Part shown: in pieces, positions 40,973 through 55,279 of the stretch
Layout of the letters: each line of letters starts with the position of its first letter
Position numbering within the stretch: the first letter of the stretch is position 1
Source of the DNA: Octopus vulgaris
Taxonomy: Eukaryota
Assembly: GCA_951406725.2 (NCBI GenBank)
Contig: OX597839.1
Coordinates: 36,146,001 to 36,210,000, forward strand
DNA length: 64,000 nucleotides
Reading direction: 5' to 3'
The notes under the pieces: generated by a model
What the model saw: the letters and a program-made list of their open reading frames with translations, nothing else
The model's database searches: none
What the model was told of the DNA's origin: nothing
Translations under genes and position numbers: made by a program

Positions 40973-42938
40973 TTATGTACATTTGTGTTTGTGTATGTAT
41001 ATATATATATACCTATGTATATGTTTGTGTGTACATATATGAATATATTTGTGTTTGTGTATGTATATATATGTTTATGTATATACCTGTGTTTTATATG
41101 TGTATGTATGTATATTTATCTATATCTCTATCTCAATATATACACGAATATGTTTTCAGTAAGTAGTGTGTTTAGTAAGAGGTGCCAAGTGTGAGTGAGT
41201 TTCTCTGGTCTGTTTTATTGAACGCCATTGCTTGAGGCTGTTTAGATGAGTTTTCACAAACGAAATGGTCTGAAATTTTTGTCGCTGCCTAATCATTGCA
41301 TATCTGCTGTGTTTATATAAATCTATATTCCCACCTAATGTTTATCAACAGAAAATCAACTGGTTTTTCTCTTCGCCCACATCATACCTGCTCACTCACT
41401 CTTCCAATATATATATATTTTTTCCCTCCATAACAGCGTTTTTAGCGGCTCCACTTCAATTTACATTAGTGGCTGGCAGGTGTGTATATATGTGTGTATA
41501 TACACACGAATGGGTGTATGTAAATGAGTATATAAAGGCGATTGTATGCTTGTATGTATGTGTATAGTTGTGTGCATATGGATGTGTATACATGTAATGT
41601 ATGTGTACGTATATATATATATATATATGTACATGTGTGAGTGTATATATGTATGCGTGTATAGCTAGTGTAAGGGTGAATATATATATGTGTATATATG
41701 CGAATGGGTGTATGTAAATGAGTATATATAGGCGGTTATATGCCAGTATGTATGTGTATAGTTGTGTGCATATGGATGTGTATACATGTAATGTATGTGT
41801 ACGTATATATGTACATGTGGGAGTGTATATATGTATGCGTGTATAGCTAGTGTAAGGGTGAATATATATGTGTATATGCGAATGGGTGTATGTAAATGAG
41901 TATATAAAGGCGATTATGTGCCTGTATGTATGTGTATAATTGTATGCATATGGATGTGTACGTATATATGTATGCGTGTATAGCTAGTATAAGGGTGAAT
42001 ATGTATGTGTATAATTGTATGCATATGGATGTGTATACATGTAATGTATGTATGCGTATATCTATGTACATGTGTGAGTGTATATATGTATGGGTGTATA
42101 GCTAGTGTAAGGGTGAATATGTATGTGTATAATTGTATGCATATGGATGTGTATACATGTAATGTACGTGTATATGTACATGTGTGAGTGTATGTATGCG
42201 TGTATAGCTAGTATAAGGGTGAATATGTATGTGTATAATTCTGTGTATATATACACATATATGTTAGTGTGTATATGTGTATGCAAATATTGTGAGTAAA
42301 GAAGGGCGGATATATGTGTGTATAATTGCATATGTAATGTATGTAAATGTGTGTATGTATATATATATATATATCTATATGTAAAATATATATATATATA
42401 CATAATTGTATATATATATATATATATACGTACACATACATACAAACACACACACATGTATATATGTACACACATACACATATTGTGTGTTCAGATGTAA
42501 TTGATTGAAGATCTGTAATACAGTAAAAGGCTGTAAAATATGGTGGACGAGAAGAGTGTTTGGATGATGGTGTTGGTGATGATGATGATGATGATGGCTA
42601 TGTTTTAGGTGAGCAAGGAAATGAAAATAAATAATAAACATACACATAACATAATGAACGTGTATATATGTGTGTATGTGTGTGTGTATATATATATACA
42701 TACATATGTGTGTGTTAGATGTTAAAAGTACAGGCTCTGAGCTGTGTCCAGTGCGAATAGAACATGCTCCATTCAACACTAACTATATGCATATAAGCAT
42801 GTGCACTTCACGTCTATGTATCTATACATCTGTATAAATACATAGGTGTGTGCACTTGTATACGTTTCTATGTGTGTGTATGTGTGTATATATATACACA
42901 CACACACACGTTTCTGTGTGTATGTTTATGTATGCCTG

Positions 42939-42978
<40 letters not shown>

Positions 42979-43124
42979 TTTCTATGTGTATGTTCATGTA
43001 TGCCTGTCTATAGATATATATCTATATACACACACGTTTCTGTGTGTATGTTTATGTATGCCTGTCTCTCTCTATATATATATCTATATACACACACGTT
43101 TCTGTGTGTATGTTTATGTATGCC

Positions 43125-43140
<16 letters not shown>
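40065..43140. repeat. Satellite-rich block: (TATC/TACC)n, a 24-bp tandem (gtgttagtgtgtgtatatatgtat), a complex minisatellite at 41480-42240 and a ~60-bp tandem at 42860-43130
   Basis: Directly visible periodicities; explains the HTNTYIYT and YLSI ORFs. Confidence 0.88.
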
Positions 43141-43173
<33 letters not shown>

Positions 43174-44072
43174 CACATTTATCAACGTGAGTCTATTGAC
43201 GTATGTGTGTATGTATGTATTCACATATATAGACAGGTGCATGTGTGTGTGTGTATATACATGTTGATATTATGTACACACACACACACACAAGATATGA
43301 GAAGAGGGAAGGACTTCATCTTCATATTCTTAGCTGCTAAATCTAAGAATACCTGAACTGGGGCATGCATCTTTTTGGGGGGTTTTACGAAGTATTGACC
43401 CTTCGAATTTGCCACAAGAAATCTTTATAAGAAGTCGGGGCCGGGCCGGCTTACCCAAAATCTTTGCTAATTACGATGAGTGTTGCTGAGAGAAAAACAT
43501 GCTTTGTGCTATTAAAATGTTTTCTTACTGCCTCGTATATTTTTTCCTGCCTATAATTTTTAGTTAGCCTAGTTTTATGAGCAAGCAGTTGTGTGAGAAA
43601 CTGGGATGCTGTGCTCTTAGTGTCATTTCAGCTGAAGTAGTTGGATATATACACACACACACACAGACACACACAGCCAGTTTGTCAGCAGAAATATTGT
43701 GTAACAATGAGGCTATTTTTCTCAATGTTTTTTCTCCTTTTTACTTCTGAAGTGGTTCCTGCCAAAATAATTCCTTGTTGTAGCTTTCGAACGATTTAAT
43801 TTTGGGTTGGAAAAAAATCTTCTTTTCCACCGTCCGTCCCCAACAACCTTACCCACACACGTACAGCTCGTAGCTACACACACAAAAAAAAAATGGGGCC
43901 CTGATGTGTGTATGTGTAGTACATAACATAAATTATATTGGTGAGCATCTTACAGAGTTCAATTCTGGACACCAGTCACCAATAACATGCTTTACTTGAT
44001 CGTAGTGCGTAGTTCTTTTGTATGCGAATGCTTTGTTATCAGCAAACCTGACTACATGTCACACACACAGAG

Positions 44073-44105
<33 letters not shown>

Positions 44106-47100
44106 AAATGTATGATACATATGTTATATATGTAATGTATGTATGTATGAAGTTGTAGACATTCATCTGTGTGTGTAATATATTATTTACTTATCTGATG
44201 TGTGTGCAGGACATGGTTGTTGTCAGTACAAGGTTTACTTTCTAAACATATGGTTTCGAGATGATATAGGTCTATAAAAGAAGAAACTTGCCCAAGATGC
44301 CATGTAGTGAGCACCTTGGGCACGTGTCTTCCACAAATAGTCTCATATCAACAAATACCTCATGCATAGAATTGGTAGATGGAAACTTTGTGGAGGCCTG
44401 TTTTGTGTGTATCTGCAAATGTTTGTCTCATCTCATGAAACCTTGTAGCAAAACAGTGACAACATGTTCACATTCCCTCTTTACAAAATGTAAGCTATTC
44501 AAAAACAGCAATTGGTTTGCAACAAGGGGAGTGTTTGGCTGTAAAGTAATGCCTCAGTGATAAGTTTTTGCCTGATCCATACTGACATGGAGAAGCTAAT
44601 GTAACTTGAATGAAAATCTAGATCTGCAAGCTAAGAGGTTTGCATTGCAACCACACGGGGCACCTTTGCTAAGTGTCATCTACAGTCCTCAACCTACCGA
44701 ACCTTTGTGGGTGGACTTTCTCGGTGAAAACTGAAAGAAACCCAATGTGTATTTGTATATGTGGGTTTATGATTTGACATTACATAGCAATTGTAAACAA
44801 ACATCACTTTCATCTAAGTGGTGTAGTTTGCAGTCTTCCATTAAATGTGTCCAACAGTTGTGCTGTTCATGTCCAAATGACTGGGGGGAGGGGGAATATT
44901 ACATGAATTAACATGAAATTTTGACGGGCACTTTTGATTTCGATAACTTTAAAACAGGAAGTTTGTATCTTGGGACCAAGAATGATAACTGAGGTGGGTT
45001 GGTATCAAAAGGGCTGAATTGGTTTGTTTAGCAATAATTTTACTTTCAGGCATTAGAAAATTCAAAATGTAGGCTCGCTTGTTCCCTCTCTTTCTCATAG
45101 CAGAATTATAAGTTTTGTTGTTCTACAAGTATCTTTAAATTATTTGGGGGAAAAAAAATTTAGCTTGGTCTCAGGCTTTCTGATTACAACTGACATTGAT
45201 GGAAAATAGTGTTGATGGTTACATTTGAGCGTCCATTGTTGTATGTCTTCATTTGGTTGCATCAAACAGCTTTAGGTGTTTCAATCATGAGCAAAGACGA
45301 ATTTTTATTACGTTTGTGTTTCAGACAGGATGTTTCCAGAAGAGAATATCTGTTGTCAACTGAAGTAGCAATGCTTTATGACTTATATTTATTGGTCATG
45401 AAACAGTTTTATTGTTCAACGAGTTATTTAATACTCTTGGAGACTTGCAAAAGATTTCAAATATTAATATGTATTGATAAATCTAGTGCAGGATTGTTGC
45501 AGTTTTATTATTTATTGGTTTTCACTGTGATAACCTGATTAGCAATTGCATTCCACTTCTGGAGTAAGTCTGTCTTCCTCGGTGTCTGTACTGTTGATGT
45601 TTCAGTATTGGGGACACGTGGGTGGGTGCTTGGCTGAATTAGCTCTGATGTGTGTTTTGTTGGTAAATCTCTCTTCATATATCGAAATGTAATTAATATC
45701 TAACAGGAGCTATGAAATGAGTTGTTTCGTGCATTCAATTAACTTCGTTTTGAGAAAAACTAATGAAGTAGTTGAGAAATATTTTCTGGTGTGATTAAAT
45801 GAAGTCTCTTTGTCATCAGCAGTGATCTGTAAGCAACTCCAGCAATTAAATAATTAACATATTTTGCCCCTATTTCAATATTTGTCATTATATTATTTTT
45901 TTCCTTTTTTTTAGAATTATTTTGTTTCAGTTGTCATTGTTGTGTATTTTTTTTAAATGAAAACCTTGTGTAAATCTAAATTTTTGTTTGAATATTTTTT
46001 TTTCCTTCCAAATTTTGATAGTTTAAAAAAAAAATTCTTTTAATTTTCGTTGGTAACCTTTGTTTTTCTCCATATTTCTGTTTCCTCTTGTGGTATTTTT
46101 GGATATATGCTTTTGGCAATACTTGCGGATTTATAGTTGCAATATCTTCCTGGATGCTACCTTTTGGATATTGCTGTTAGAATATTTGCCGGAAACTACA
46201 ACGCAAATGTCCACTTGGTAATATATATACACACACATACTCCCCCTTCTCACTTTGAGGAATACCTTTACGAAATGGGTAATGCCCCAATTCCCAGAAT
46301 ACATAAAAGAAATGGAATAACCGATATAGTTGGAAGATGAGGATTTTGTGTCTAAAGAATACCAACAGGAAGATTTTTTCTCCCCCATGCAACACCCACG
46401 ACACGTAATTTATTTATGGAGTATTATATAACCTAATAATTTGCGACATTTTTAGAAATATAGTCTGAAAAGAGCTGTGGAGTTACATTATATTTCTGAT
46501 GCGAATCTGGCAATGGAATTTTACTCGGAGGCCACTGGAAGTAAACTTATCACCATAATCTTTGAAAAAAAAAACATTTCTGCTGCTGTCGAACCATTTG
46601 AGTGATTATAAAATCTGGAGTAACTTACCATCAACTTCATCATCGTGGAATACAACAATCCTTTTTCATTGGACTTACCGTTTCTCGCAGATTCTGGAAC
46701 TGGATGGAGTATTTTCTTGGTTCTTTCTCTCCCCCACCCCGCGGAGTGATGCAATTTATAAATGGAGCTACCAGCCTGTAGGAGTATTCTTTATTAACTG
46801 GATTTTACTGACCACCACCCATTACAAAAGGATTTTACTCTATGGAAACCGGCTGCCCTACCTACCTACCTACCACCTCATTACTCACTTGCACTGTTAG
46901 ATCAAGACATGCCATTATTCTCTCTCTCTCACTCTCTCTCTCATTAGTCTTCTAATATTTCACTATTGTACCATTGCTATTAAATATGCTACTTTCTAGA
47001 CACTGTTTTTTCCGCCAGATTGAATTTCACTTGGTTTCTAACTCAGCTTGGTCCAGTTATTATTTCCCCCCCCTCTTCTTATTCTTTTACACCTTCACGA

Positions 47101-47439
47101 AGACAGTTCTCAACTAATAATTAATCTTCAACACATTCTCAATTCATTAGACATTTTGTTTTCTAAGTTTTCTCTAATTAAATTTTTGAAGCTTTTTTTC
47201 CCTACATTTGGAGTTGTTTTTTTGTTTTTTTTTTTCCTTTTATGTTATTTTAATCCTCTGATGAGTTTTTTCATAAAAAAATATCCCTTTGCTGTTACAA
47301 CAGTCATCGCTGGACAACAAACCACTTTCTGAATTGTGAATAGGAGCTAGTTTCATCTTTGTTCTTAACTCAAAGGTTTACATTTATGTACAAAATAATA
47401 AAAATCAGCATTTGATTATAATACTAATCCTTTCAAATT

Positions 47440-48030
47440 TGGGCAAAAAGGGCTGGCAATTTTGAAGGGAGTGGGATAGATGATTGCAATGGTTCCACTG
47501 TTCAACTGGTATTTAAGTTATTGACCTCAAAACAATGAGAGGCTTTGAACATAGAAAGCTGGAACACATTAATGCCCTATTCACTAATGGTTCTGCCAGC
47601 TCCCTGCCTTTCTCAATAATAATCAAATTTTGACACCAGCGGGGAGGGGATAAATCAATTACGTGAGCCCCAGCACTCAGCTGCTGCTTATTTTATCGCC
47701 CCCCCCCCACTTAGGATAAAAAGCAAAGTTGACCTTGGTGGCATTTGAACTCAGAATGCAAAGATGGGCAGAGTGTTGCTAAGCATTTTTGCCCAGTGTG
47801 CTTAATGGTTCTACTACCTGCTTGTCACCTTAATATAATAATAATAAATAATAATCCTTTCTGCTATAGGGACAGGTTCTGAAATTTTGAGGAGTGGGGG
47901 CTAGTTGACTACATTGACCCCAGTTCACAACTGGTACTTATTTCATTGATCTTGAAAGGATGAAAAGCAAGGTCAGACGAAATGCTGTTGAGCATTTTGC
48001 CTGGCGTGCTAATGATTCTGCCAGCTCACT
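47440..48030 (-). mobile_element. Three consecutive decayed SINE family B copies
   Basis: Recurring caactggtacttatttc, gttgaccttggtggcatttgaactcagaatg and gctaatgattctgccagctc motifs; most CpGs converted to TpG/CpA. Confidence 0.7.
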
Positions 48031-49324
48031 ATTTTTCTAATAATAATCAGTTTCTTGTGTGCCTCCCTAAACTTTATGGTTATTGTTGGTGGAAAATGTG
48101 ATTGTGTTTTCTCAAAACATAAGTGAAATAAGCAGCCTTAACTAAAATATTGAATTTATAATCTCAATTTCATTGTTTATGATGATGTTAAAATCATCTG
48201 ATAAATGATTTTACATCTTAAGAAATTAGACTTTCCTTGTCTGTTTCTACCCTGTGCCAGCCAACCCAACACATTCCAGTTCTAGTTTTAATTCTATTTC
48301 CGATATTTATTGATAACGAATACTCATTAGTATGGTCTTTGATCTTCTTGTTTAATATTTAGTCTGGAGTTATGTGACGAGTCCTATTTAATTAATTCTC
48401 ATCTAATTAAGTAGCTGCCAAATAAAATTTATTTCTTCTACATTACGTACTTCTACAATATTGTTGGAACTGTTAAGTTCATTTTCCACTGACAATATTT
48501 ACAAACATCTTTCAGCTAAAAATTTCCCTTGGTTTATAATTGTTAATTTACCGAATTTGCTGTTACTCAATGAAGAAATCCTCTTTCTTTCGTCTCCTGT
48601 TTTGACTGCACCAAGGTGCTGGTTGTGTAAAATATATATCAATAGATGCAGGCATGGTTGTATCGTTAAGTAGACTACTTTGCAACCATGTGGTTTTGGG
48701 TTCAGTCCCATCGCATGGTACCTTGGGCAAGTGTCTTCTACTATAACCCTAGGTTAACTAACACAATGAGTGAATTTGGTAAGCGGAAACTGTGGAAGTC
48801 TGCATGATAGTGATGGATATTGAGAATGAGTGTTCAACACTGCATTTGGTGGATAATTACATTCTTTGTGCCCCATCCAGTGTGGCCAATTACTGACATT
48901 CTTAAGTGTAATGCTTGAAAAATTGTATAATTTTTCTGCATGAAACCATCAGTGGCATTGTTAATGCACAAAACAAGTAATGTGTGTGTGTTTTCCTCCA
49001 CTGCTTGAAAACTGCTGTTGGTTTGTTTACATCTCTGTGATTTAATGGTTTGACAAAAAGATACACATAGTATTGCTCAAGTATGGCTGCAGCCAAGTGG
49101 ACTGAGAAAAAGATATGGATAACAGATCAATGCTAAAGTGACTTAGCTATTGAGTTTTTATTGATGTTTTTGTACATGAAAGTTGTGCTGTATGTAATGT
49201 CATCATGTTGGATGACAGAGAGAGATTTGCAAGGATAGTCACATTATTGAATTGATGGAAGCAAATATCTATATCTCTTCAGTCTCCTAATGGCATGAGG
49301 GTGTGCCTATGATGTATGCATATG

Positions 49325-49363
<39 letters not shown>

Positions 49364-49838
49364 ATTCATGTTTGTCATTAGATTGCAGCTATGCTTGGAT
49401 GTTGCCTTGAAGGGCTTAAAGTTGGGTATTCTGTCAACCTCTTGCTGAACTGCTACAATATGGGTATGTAAACAAACCCACACCAGTTGTCAAGTGGTAG
49501 TGAGAAATATGAGCATAAGGGTGCATGTGCACACGCACACACACGATGGGCTTCCACACAATTTCCATCTACCAAATTCACTCACAAAGACATTGGTTGG
49601 TCTGGGGCTGTTGTAGAAGCCACTTGCCCAAGGTGCTGCATAATCCCTGCCTTGACCAATATTATTACTGTCATGAAAACCCCAGCAGCACCCTGGGTCA
49701 CTGCTCCTTTTGACCCTGGATAACAATAATGCTTAGTTTAATCCTTTTATGATCAGGTTTCTAATGAAACAGTCCACTGTATTTTTTAAATTGATTTAGA
49801 AAGTAATCAAGAATTTTGATGGTTTAGTAAAATAATTA

Positions 49839-50022
49839 CCATATTTGATGGCAGATGGGACACACTTTTCCTCAAAACTTTCAAAAAAACTTACCCCAGG
49901 TCCTCTATGCTAAGTTTGACCTCTCATAAGCTTTAATGTGCTGAACGCTTCTCCCTGAATATGCACCGTTGAAATTGGGTGTGTCTAATGTAGCCATGTG
50001 TCCTTTATGCTATCAAATATGG
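49839..50022. mobile_element. Tc1/mariner (pogo/Tigger-like) MITE nested in an old piggyBac-like MITE
   Basis: TA|ccatatttgatggcagatgggacac ... gtgtcctttatgctatcaaatatgg|TA; the termini look like CpG-decayed CCGTATTT. Confidence 0.75.
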
Positions 50023-51860
50023 TAACTATTCTTTATTTAGTATTTTGGATATAACTAAACAGGAAAATTCTCAATTAAAAGGAATATGACGGAAGATTTT
50101 AATTTAATAAGATTGGTGCCATGTAAAAGGTATACAAGACACTCTGTCAAGTGGTTGGCGTTAGGAAGGGCATGTAGCTGTAGAAACCAAGCCAAAAGAA
50201 ACTGGAACCTGGTGCAGTCCCTGGCCTTGCCAGCTCCTGTCAAGCTGTCCCAACCCATGCCAAGATTGAAAATGGGTGTTAAATGATGAGGAACACAATA
50301 AAATGGAAGGTTTAGTCTCACTGATGTAGAAGTACCTCCGGCTGGTTAAAGAGAGATTATGTAATATAAAGTCACTTGTATTCAATTTTAAAAGGAGAAA
50401 GCATTTTGATCTGAAAATGATATTTCCTCTATTTGTCTCTGTATAACAAAGCAGTTGATTGTATGGCCTTGAGAGGAGAAGCATTTTAACAGCTTAGACA
50501 GGCTCCTCTGTCCTCAAAACTTGTATTTGTCTGATGCTTACCTTCCTCTCTGCTCCTCTCTCTCTCCCTCTCTCTAGTGTTAGTTTGTAATTGTAAATAT
50601 AACTACAATATTCTTGTAATACAAATCTCATTGTTTGAATCTGAGGGTAAGTACTGATATTTTTGGATATTTTCAAGGTTTCCTGACTCTCAGATGATTG
50701 GTGAATAATATTGATTATAGAGAGGGAATTAGGAATCTTAAGCACTCTCCGTCCAATATCAGTTCTGTTCGTTTATTTATTTATTTATTTTTCCAATCAA
50801 ATATGTGTAAACATGGGTGTGGTCAAGGAGGTTGCCTTACAACTACATTGCTTTGGGTTCACTCCCACTGTGTGGCACTTTGGCCCAGTGCCTTCCTCCA
50901 TTGTCCCAGGTCAACCTACAGGAATCTCTGTGGAAGCTCATTATGTGTGTGTGTCTGTGTGTGCCTTTGTGTTTGTTCCTACCCAAACTACTCGACAACA
51001 GATGTTGGTTTGTTTACTTCCCTGTAATTTAGCTGTTCAGCAAAAGAAACCGATAGAATAAGTAACCAGACTTGAATAAATAAATACTGGGGTTGTTTTG
51101 TTTGACTAAAACCCTTTGTGGTAGTGCCCCAGTATGGCTGTAGTCCAATGACTGAAGCAAGTAAATAAAAGCGGTGCTCCAGCATGGCCACAGTCAAATG
51201 ACTGAAACCAGTAAAAGAATAAAAGAGTAAAGGAAAGAAAAGATAAAAACAAAGTTGATAGAGGCAAAGATTTTTGCTGTTTGATATCAGAGTTTTGCTT
51301 TTAACCATTGTGCTTATTCAACTATTTGACTAAACCACTTACAACTGACTGTTTTTTCGTTTATTATTTCACTCAGATATCCGAACCTTCTAGTTTAAGT
51401 GGTTATAATTGTAGTCATAATGTGCGTGTGTCAGACAGAGAGAGATAGAGAGAGGGAAGGTGAGAGACAGACCATGTGAATGTTTTTCAGCCAGTCCAAT
51501 TCAGCATTTCAAGGGAGTGGAGTGAAATATTGTTGCTTACTCTAATTAAATTTTTGTCATTTTCATTTTTACTCTAGAGGTTCTTAAGAAAACGCCAGAT
51601 TTTAGTTCATTTTTACAGCGTAGATATTTAGCCTCTTATTAATTTGTTTTGTGAATTATTTCCTCTGCCTGTGAAAGTATTTTTATGTTGTTTAGTCTTG
51701 TTCTATTCAGATATAACTTCATATAACTGGGAATTTGTCACATTTGTTCAATTTCTTGTAATACCAGTAGTGTTTTATATATATATATTTATGGGCACAC
51801 ACCCACTCACTCATACACATTTATGTGTATATATATATGTATATATGTGCACACACTCAA

Positions 51861-51903
<43 letters not shown>

Positions 51904-52084
51904 TAAGAAAATGGAGGAACAGATTCCTTTCAATCATTGACTTACAGATATTACCAATTCATATTATTTATTAACTACATAAATAGGAACATCCAAATCC
52001 AACAAGACAAAACAATATTCATCAATATGTAAGATAATAATACCATATCCCATAGTGGGTTACACTCATAACCCCTATCTCACT

Positions 52085-52123
<39 letters not shown>

Positions 52124-54590
52124 TACATACAGCTACTTGCATACATACATACATCAGTGTAGTCCTCTGGCTCATCCAACCCATGCCAGCATGGGAAATG
52201 GGCATTCAACAATAATGATATACATTTATGCATACATGCATGATGAATTCTCTGTAATCTCACACATGGGGATCCAACTATTCTGTTAATTTTAAGGTTT
52301 GTTTTCTGGTGGGGCTTTTAGAACTGGCTTTAGATTTACAAAGCCATGATCAACTCATTATTAGAATAACCTAATAACAAAATTGGATTCGAAGTTTTGC
52401 TTTTCTGTTTTGTGTTAGCTTCATTATCTGATCTTAAAAACCCCCCCAAAATATTTTATATGTGGTTTTCACATAATTTGCAATCCTGCATCATTCCTGC
52501 AAAGTAGATGAGTACATGTGCTCTTAAATATGTGTGTGTATGTATTTGAAATATATATAGGTTGTTGATTTAATAGTCAAGAAATGTGTGTATTGCACAC
52601 ACACACACTTAAAGAACCAATCTGTTATATGTTAAGTCGGGCACTCCTTGAAGCCAATTATATTTCATCCTTTTGTCAATATTATTTCCTCAGTTTTAAT
52701 TGTTTGTAGAAATTAAGGACTGGTCTGCCTAAGTAGGTCAGTTACTTTTGAAACAAAAACTTTCTTGGTAAATTCTGGGATGAGATCTGATTTTAAGATT
52801 CTCTTTAATTTTTTTGTCTTTTGACTTGTTACTATGAACAGGAGAAGATGGAAAGCTTGGAAAATTTTACATCTTGCTGTTTCTGTTGGTTTATCAGAAT
52901 CGCATGTGAGTTATATAAGAAGTTCAGACTTTCTACTAAAGGCAGAAAGTCTGAAATTCAGGGGAAGGAGAAAATTAATTACATGTCCCTCAGTGATAGG
53001 GATTTGACTTCTATTTCTTGCTTGCAAGTGTCTGGTTATCTTAAAGTTAAACTTCACCAATTGTTATCCTTCCAGCAAACATAGCTGTTTTGATCGTCTT
53101 TTCTGAGATACGTATTTGAATTTTCTTCTAGTTTTCAAGACTGAACTCCTTTTGAACTTTTTATCCTACTATATAATGACACTGACCATTTCTCTCTCTT
53201 TGTCTATCTTAAGTGCACTTTTCCTCCTCCTTTAATGTCTATATTGTAATGATTCATGTGTCTGTAACATCTTGGTCATGCACTCACACAACACATACAA
53301 TGTATGTATATCTACGTGTACACACACACATGATTCATCTCTAATAAACTACACTTTAGTCAGATCTACTTGAAGCATTTTAGTACCCTCAGCAGAGGGA
53401 CAACATCAAGTGTATAGGCTGACCATTATTACACTTGGAATATTATGTTTCTAGAAGAGCTTTCTCCTTGCTGATTTTTATGTCAACAAAATGATAGCTT
53501 TGTGGTTTTCACATTAAAGATTAGCTGTAATGCAGTGAAGTTCTGGAAAGAATTGTTTGGAATTTTGTACTATCAAATCCAAAGACAGTGGTTAATCCTT
53601 TTTTGTTAGCATATTTCTGTTGAAACACATGTTCTTCGTTTCAAATCAATTTTGAGAATAAGCAAGAATTTAGTAAAATAACTTTGTCATTATTAAGACA
53701 GTGTCTGAAATCTAAATAACACAAAATTTTGGTGGGAAATTTTAATTTAGTGTGGAGTGAGTTTGGTTCATAATCATTATCATATCCATATTTCCATGTT
53801 TGCATGAGTCTGATGAAATTTGTTGAGGCAAATTTTCTATGGCTGGATACCCTTCCTTTTGCCCACCCTAACCTGTTTCCAAGCAAGGTAATATTTCCCT
53901 ACATCCCTACTGTCAGATGTTATCACAGAAGATTGGAAATGAATGACACCTTGTAAGATGGTGACATTTGTTTTACAACTATTGTGTGTGTGTGTGTTTG
54001 TGTATGTACAAATGCATATGAGGGGCTTCTTTCCGTTTACCAAATCAATTTGCAGGGCTTTGGGTTGGTTCAGAGCTATAGTGGAAGATGCTTGCTCAAA
54101 ATACCACGCGGCAGAATTGAACCTGAAACGGTGTGGTTGAGAAGCTAACCTCTTAAACAAAGCCAGTATTTTATTTTTCTTTGTTTACAGTAGATCTGGA
54201 ATTTCATAAAATCTATATTTCTCTAAAAAAAGGATTGTGAGAATGCTAAAGGGAAGAACTGAGACGGCTGCTGTTAGTGGTAATGGTGAATTCTAAATTA
54301 GACTTGTAGCATTTATCTGACTTGTATGGAACAGCGAAATATGTTCTGATAACAGGAATAGCGAAATAGTGGTCAGAATGGCTGTGTTTTGTGAACCAGA
54401 GTTGTTTATTTTGTAGATAACCCTGAAATATATGTAAAGATTTCGCATCTCTGGAGATTTGATTATTTTTGTTCAACTGATTTTGTTATTCAGCGTTGCC
54501 AATGTTTCTGTACAGTTTGGCCAAAGGTGATCGACAGCTGCATTGAAAGTAGTTTATTTGCTCTTGTTGTTTTCTCTCGTGTCTATTGGG

Positions 54591-54628
<38 letters not shown>

Positions 54629-55058
54629 AATTTAATATTTGTAGCTTTGAAATTTTTGCTGAATCTTGCAGTGAAGTTTTAATATAAACAACAAAAGCCT
54701 CCTCTGAGTCTATATGTAGTAGAACTATTGATTCTGCTAACAACTGCACAACCAACTGTTCTCTGTTGTTGGCAATTGTTCTGTTTATGTGGGTATGGAA
54801 TGTTATACAGGAATGTTATTACCGTTTGTCATTCGGCAGAGGCATTAAAAGTGCTGGCCTTTATGATTGCAGTTCTTTTGACGTTAAGAGTTCAAACTCT
54901 TACCAGTGTAGGTGCACGCAACCAGCTTTGTACAGTTTCTGGTCTATCAAATTAAGTCACATTCAATCAGTTGATCTGGGGCTAGAGTAGAAGGAAGGCT
55001 CGTAGTCACCTGGTGCTGCTGTACAGTGAAACTGAACTGAAAAGCACATGGTAGTTAA

Positions 55059-55279
55059 CCCTTTAGTTACTGTATTTATTTTGAGATGCTCTGTGTTTCT
55101 TTCAATTATTTTAAATATAACAAAGAATTTAGTAAAATAACTTAGTTATCATTCAGCTAGTGTTAGGAACATAAATTGTGACTAAGGTTTGGTGGTATAT
55201 TTTAATGCAAAACTTATGAAAACAAGATATTTGTACTACAGAGCCAGAGCTGGTTTTGGCCGGGTTGGTAACGAAAGGG
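55059..55279. mobile_element. piggyBac-type MITE, 221 bp, inserted into a family A SINE
   Basis: TTAA|ccctttagttac ... gtaacgaaaggg|TTAA. Older relatives lie at ~44905-45015, 49740-49835, 53593-53760, 55490-55882 and 56870-57060. Confidence 0.9.
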
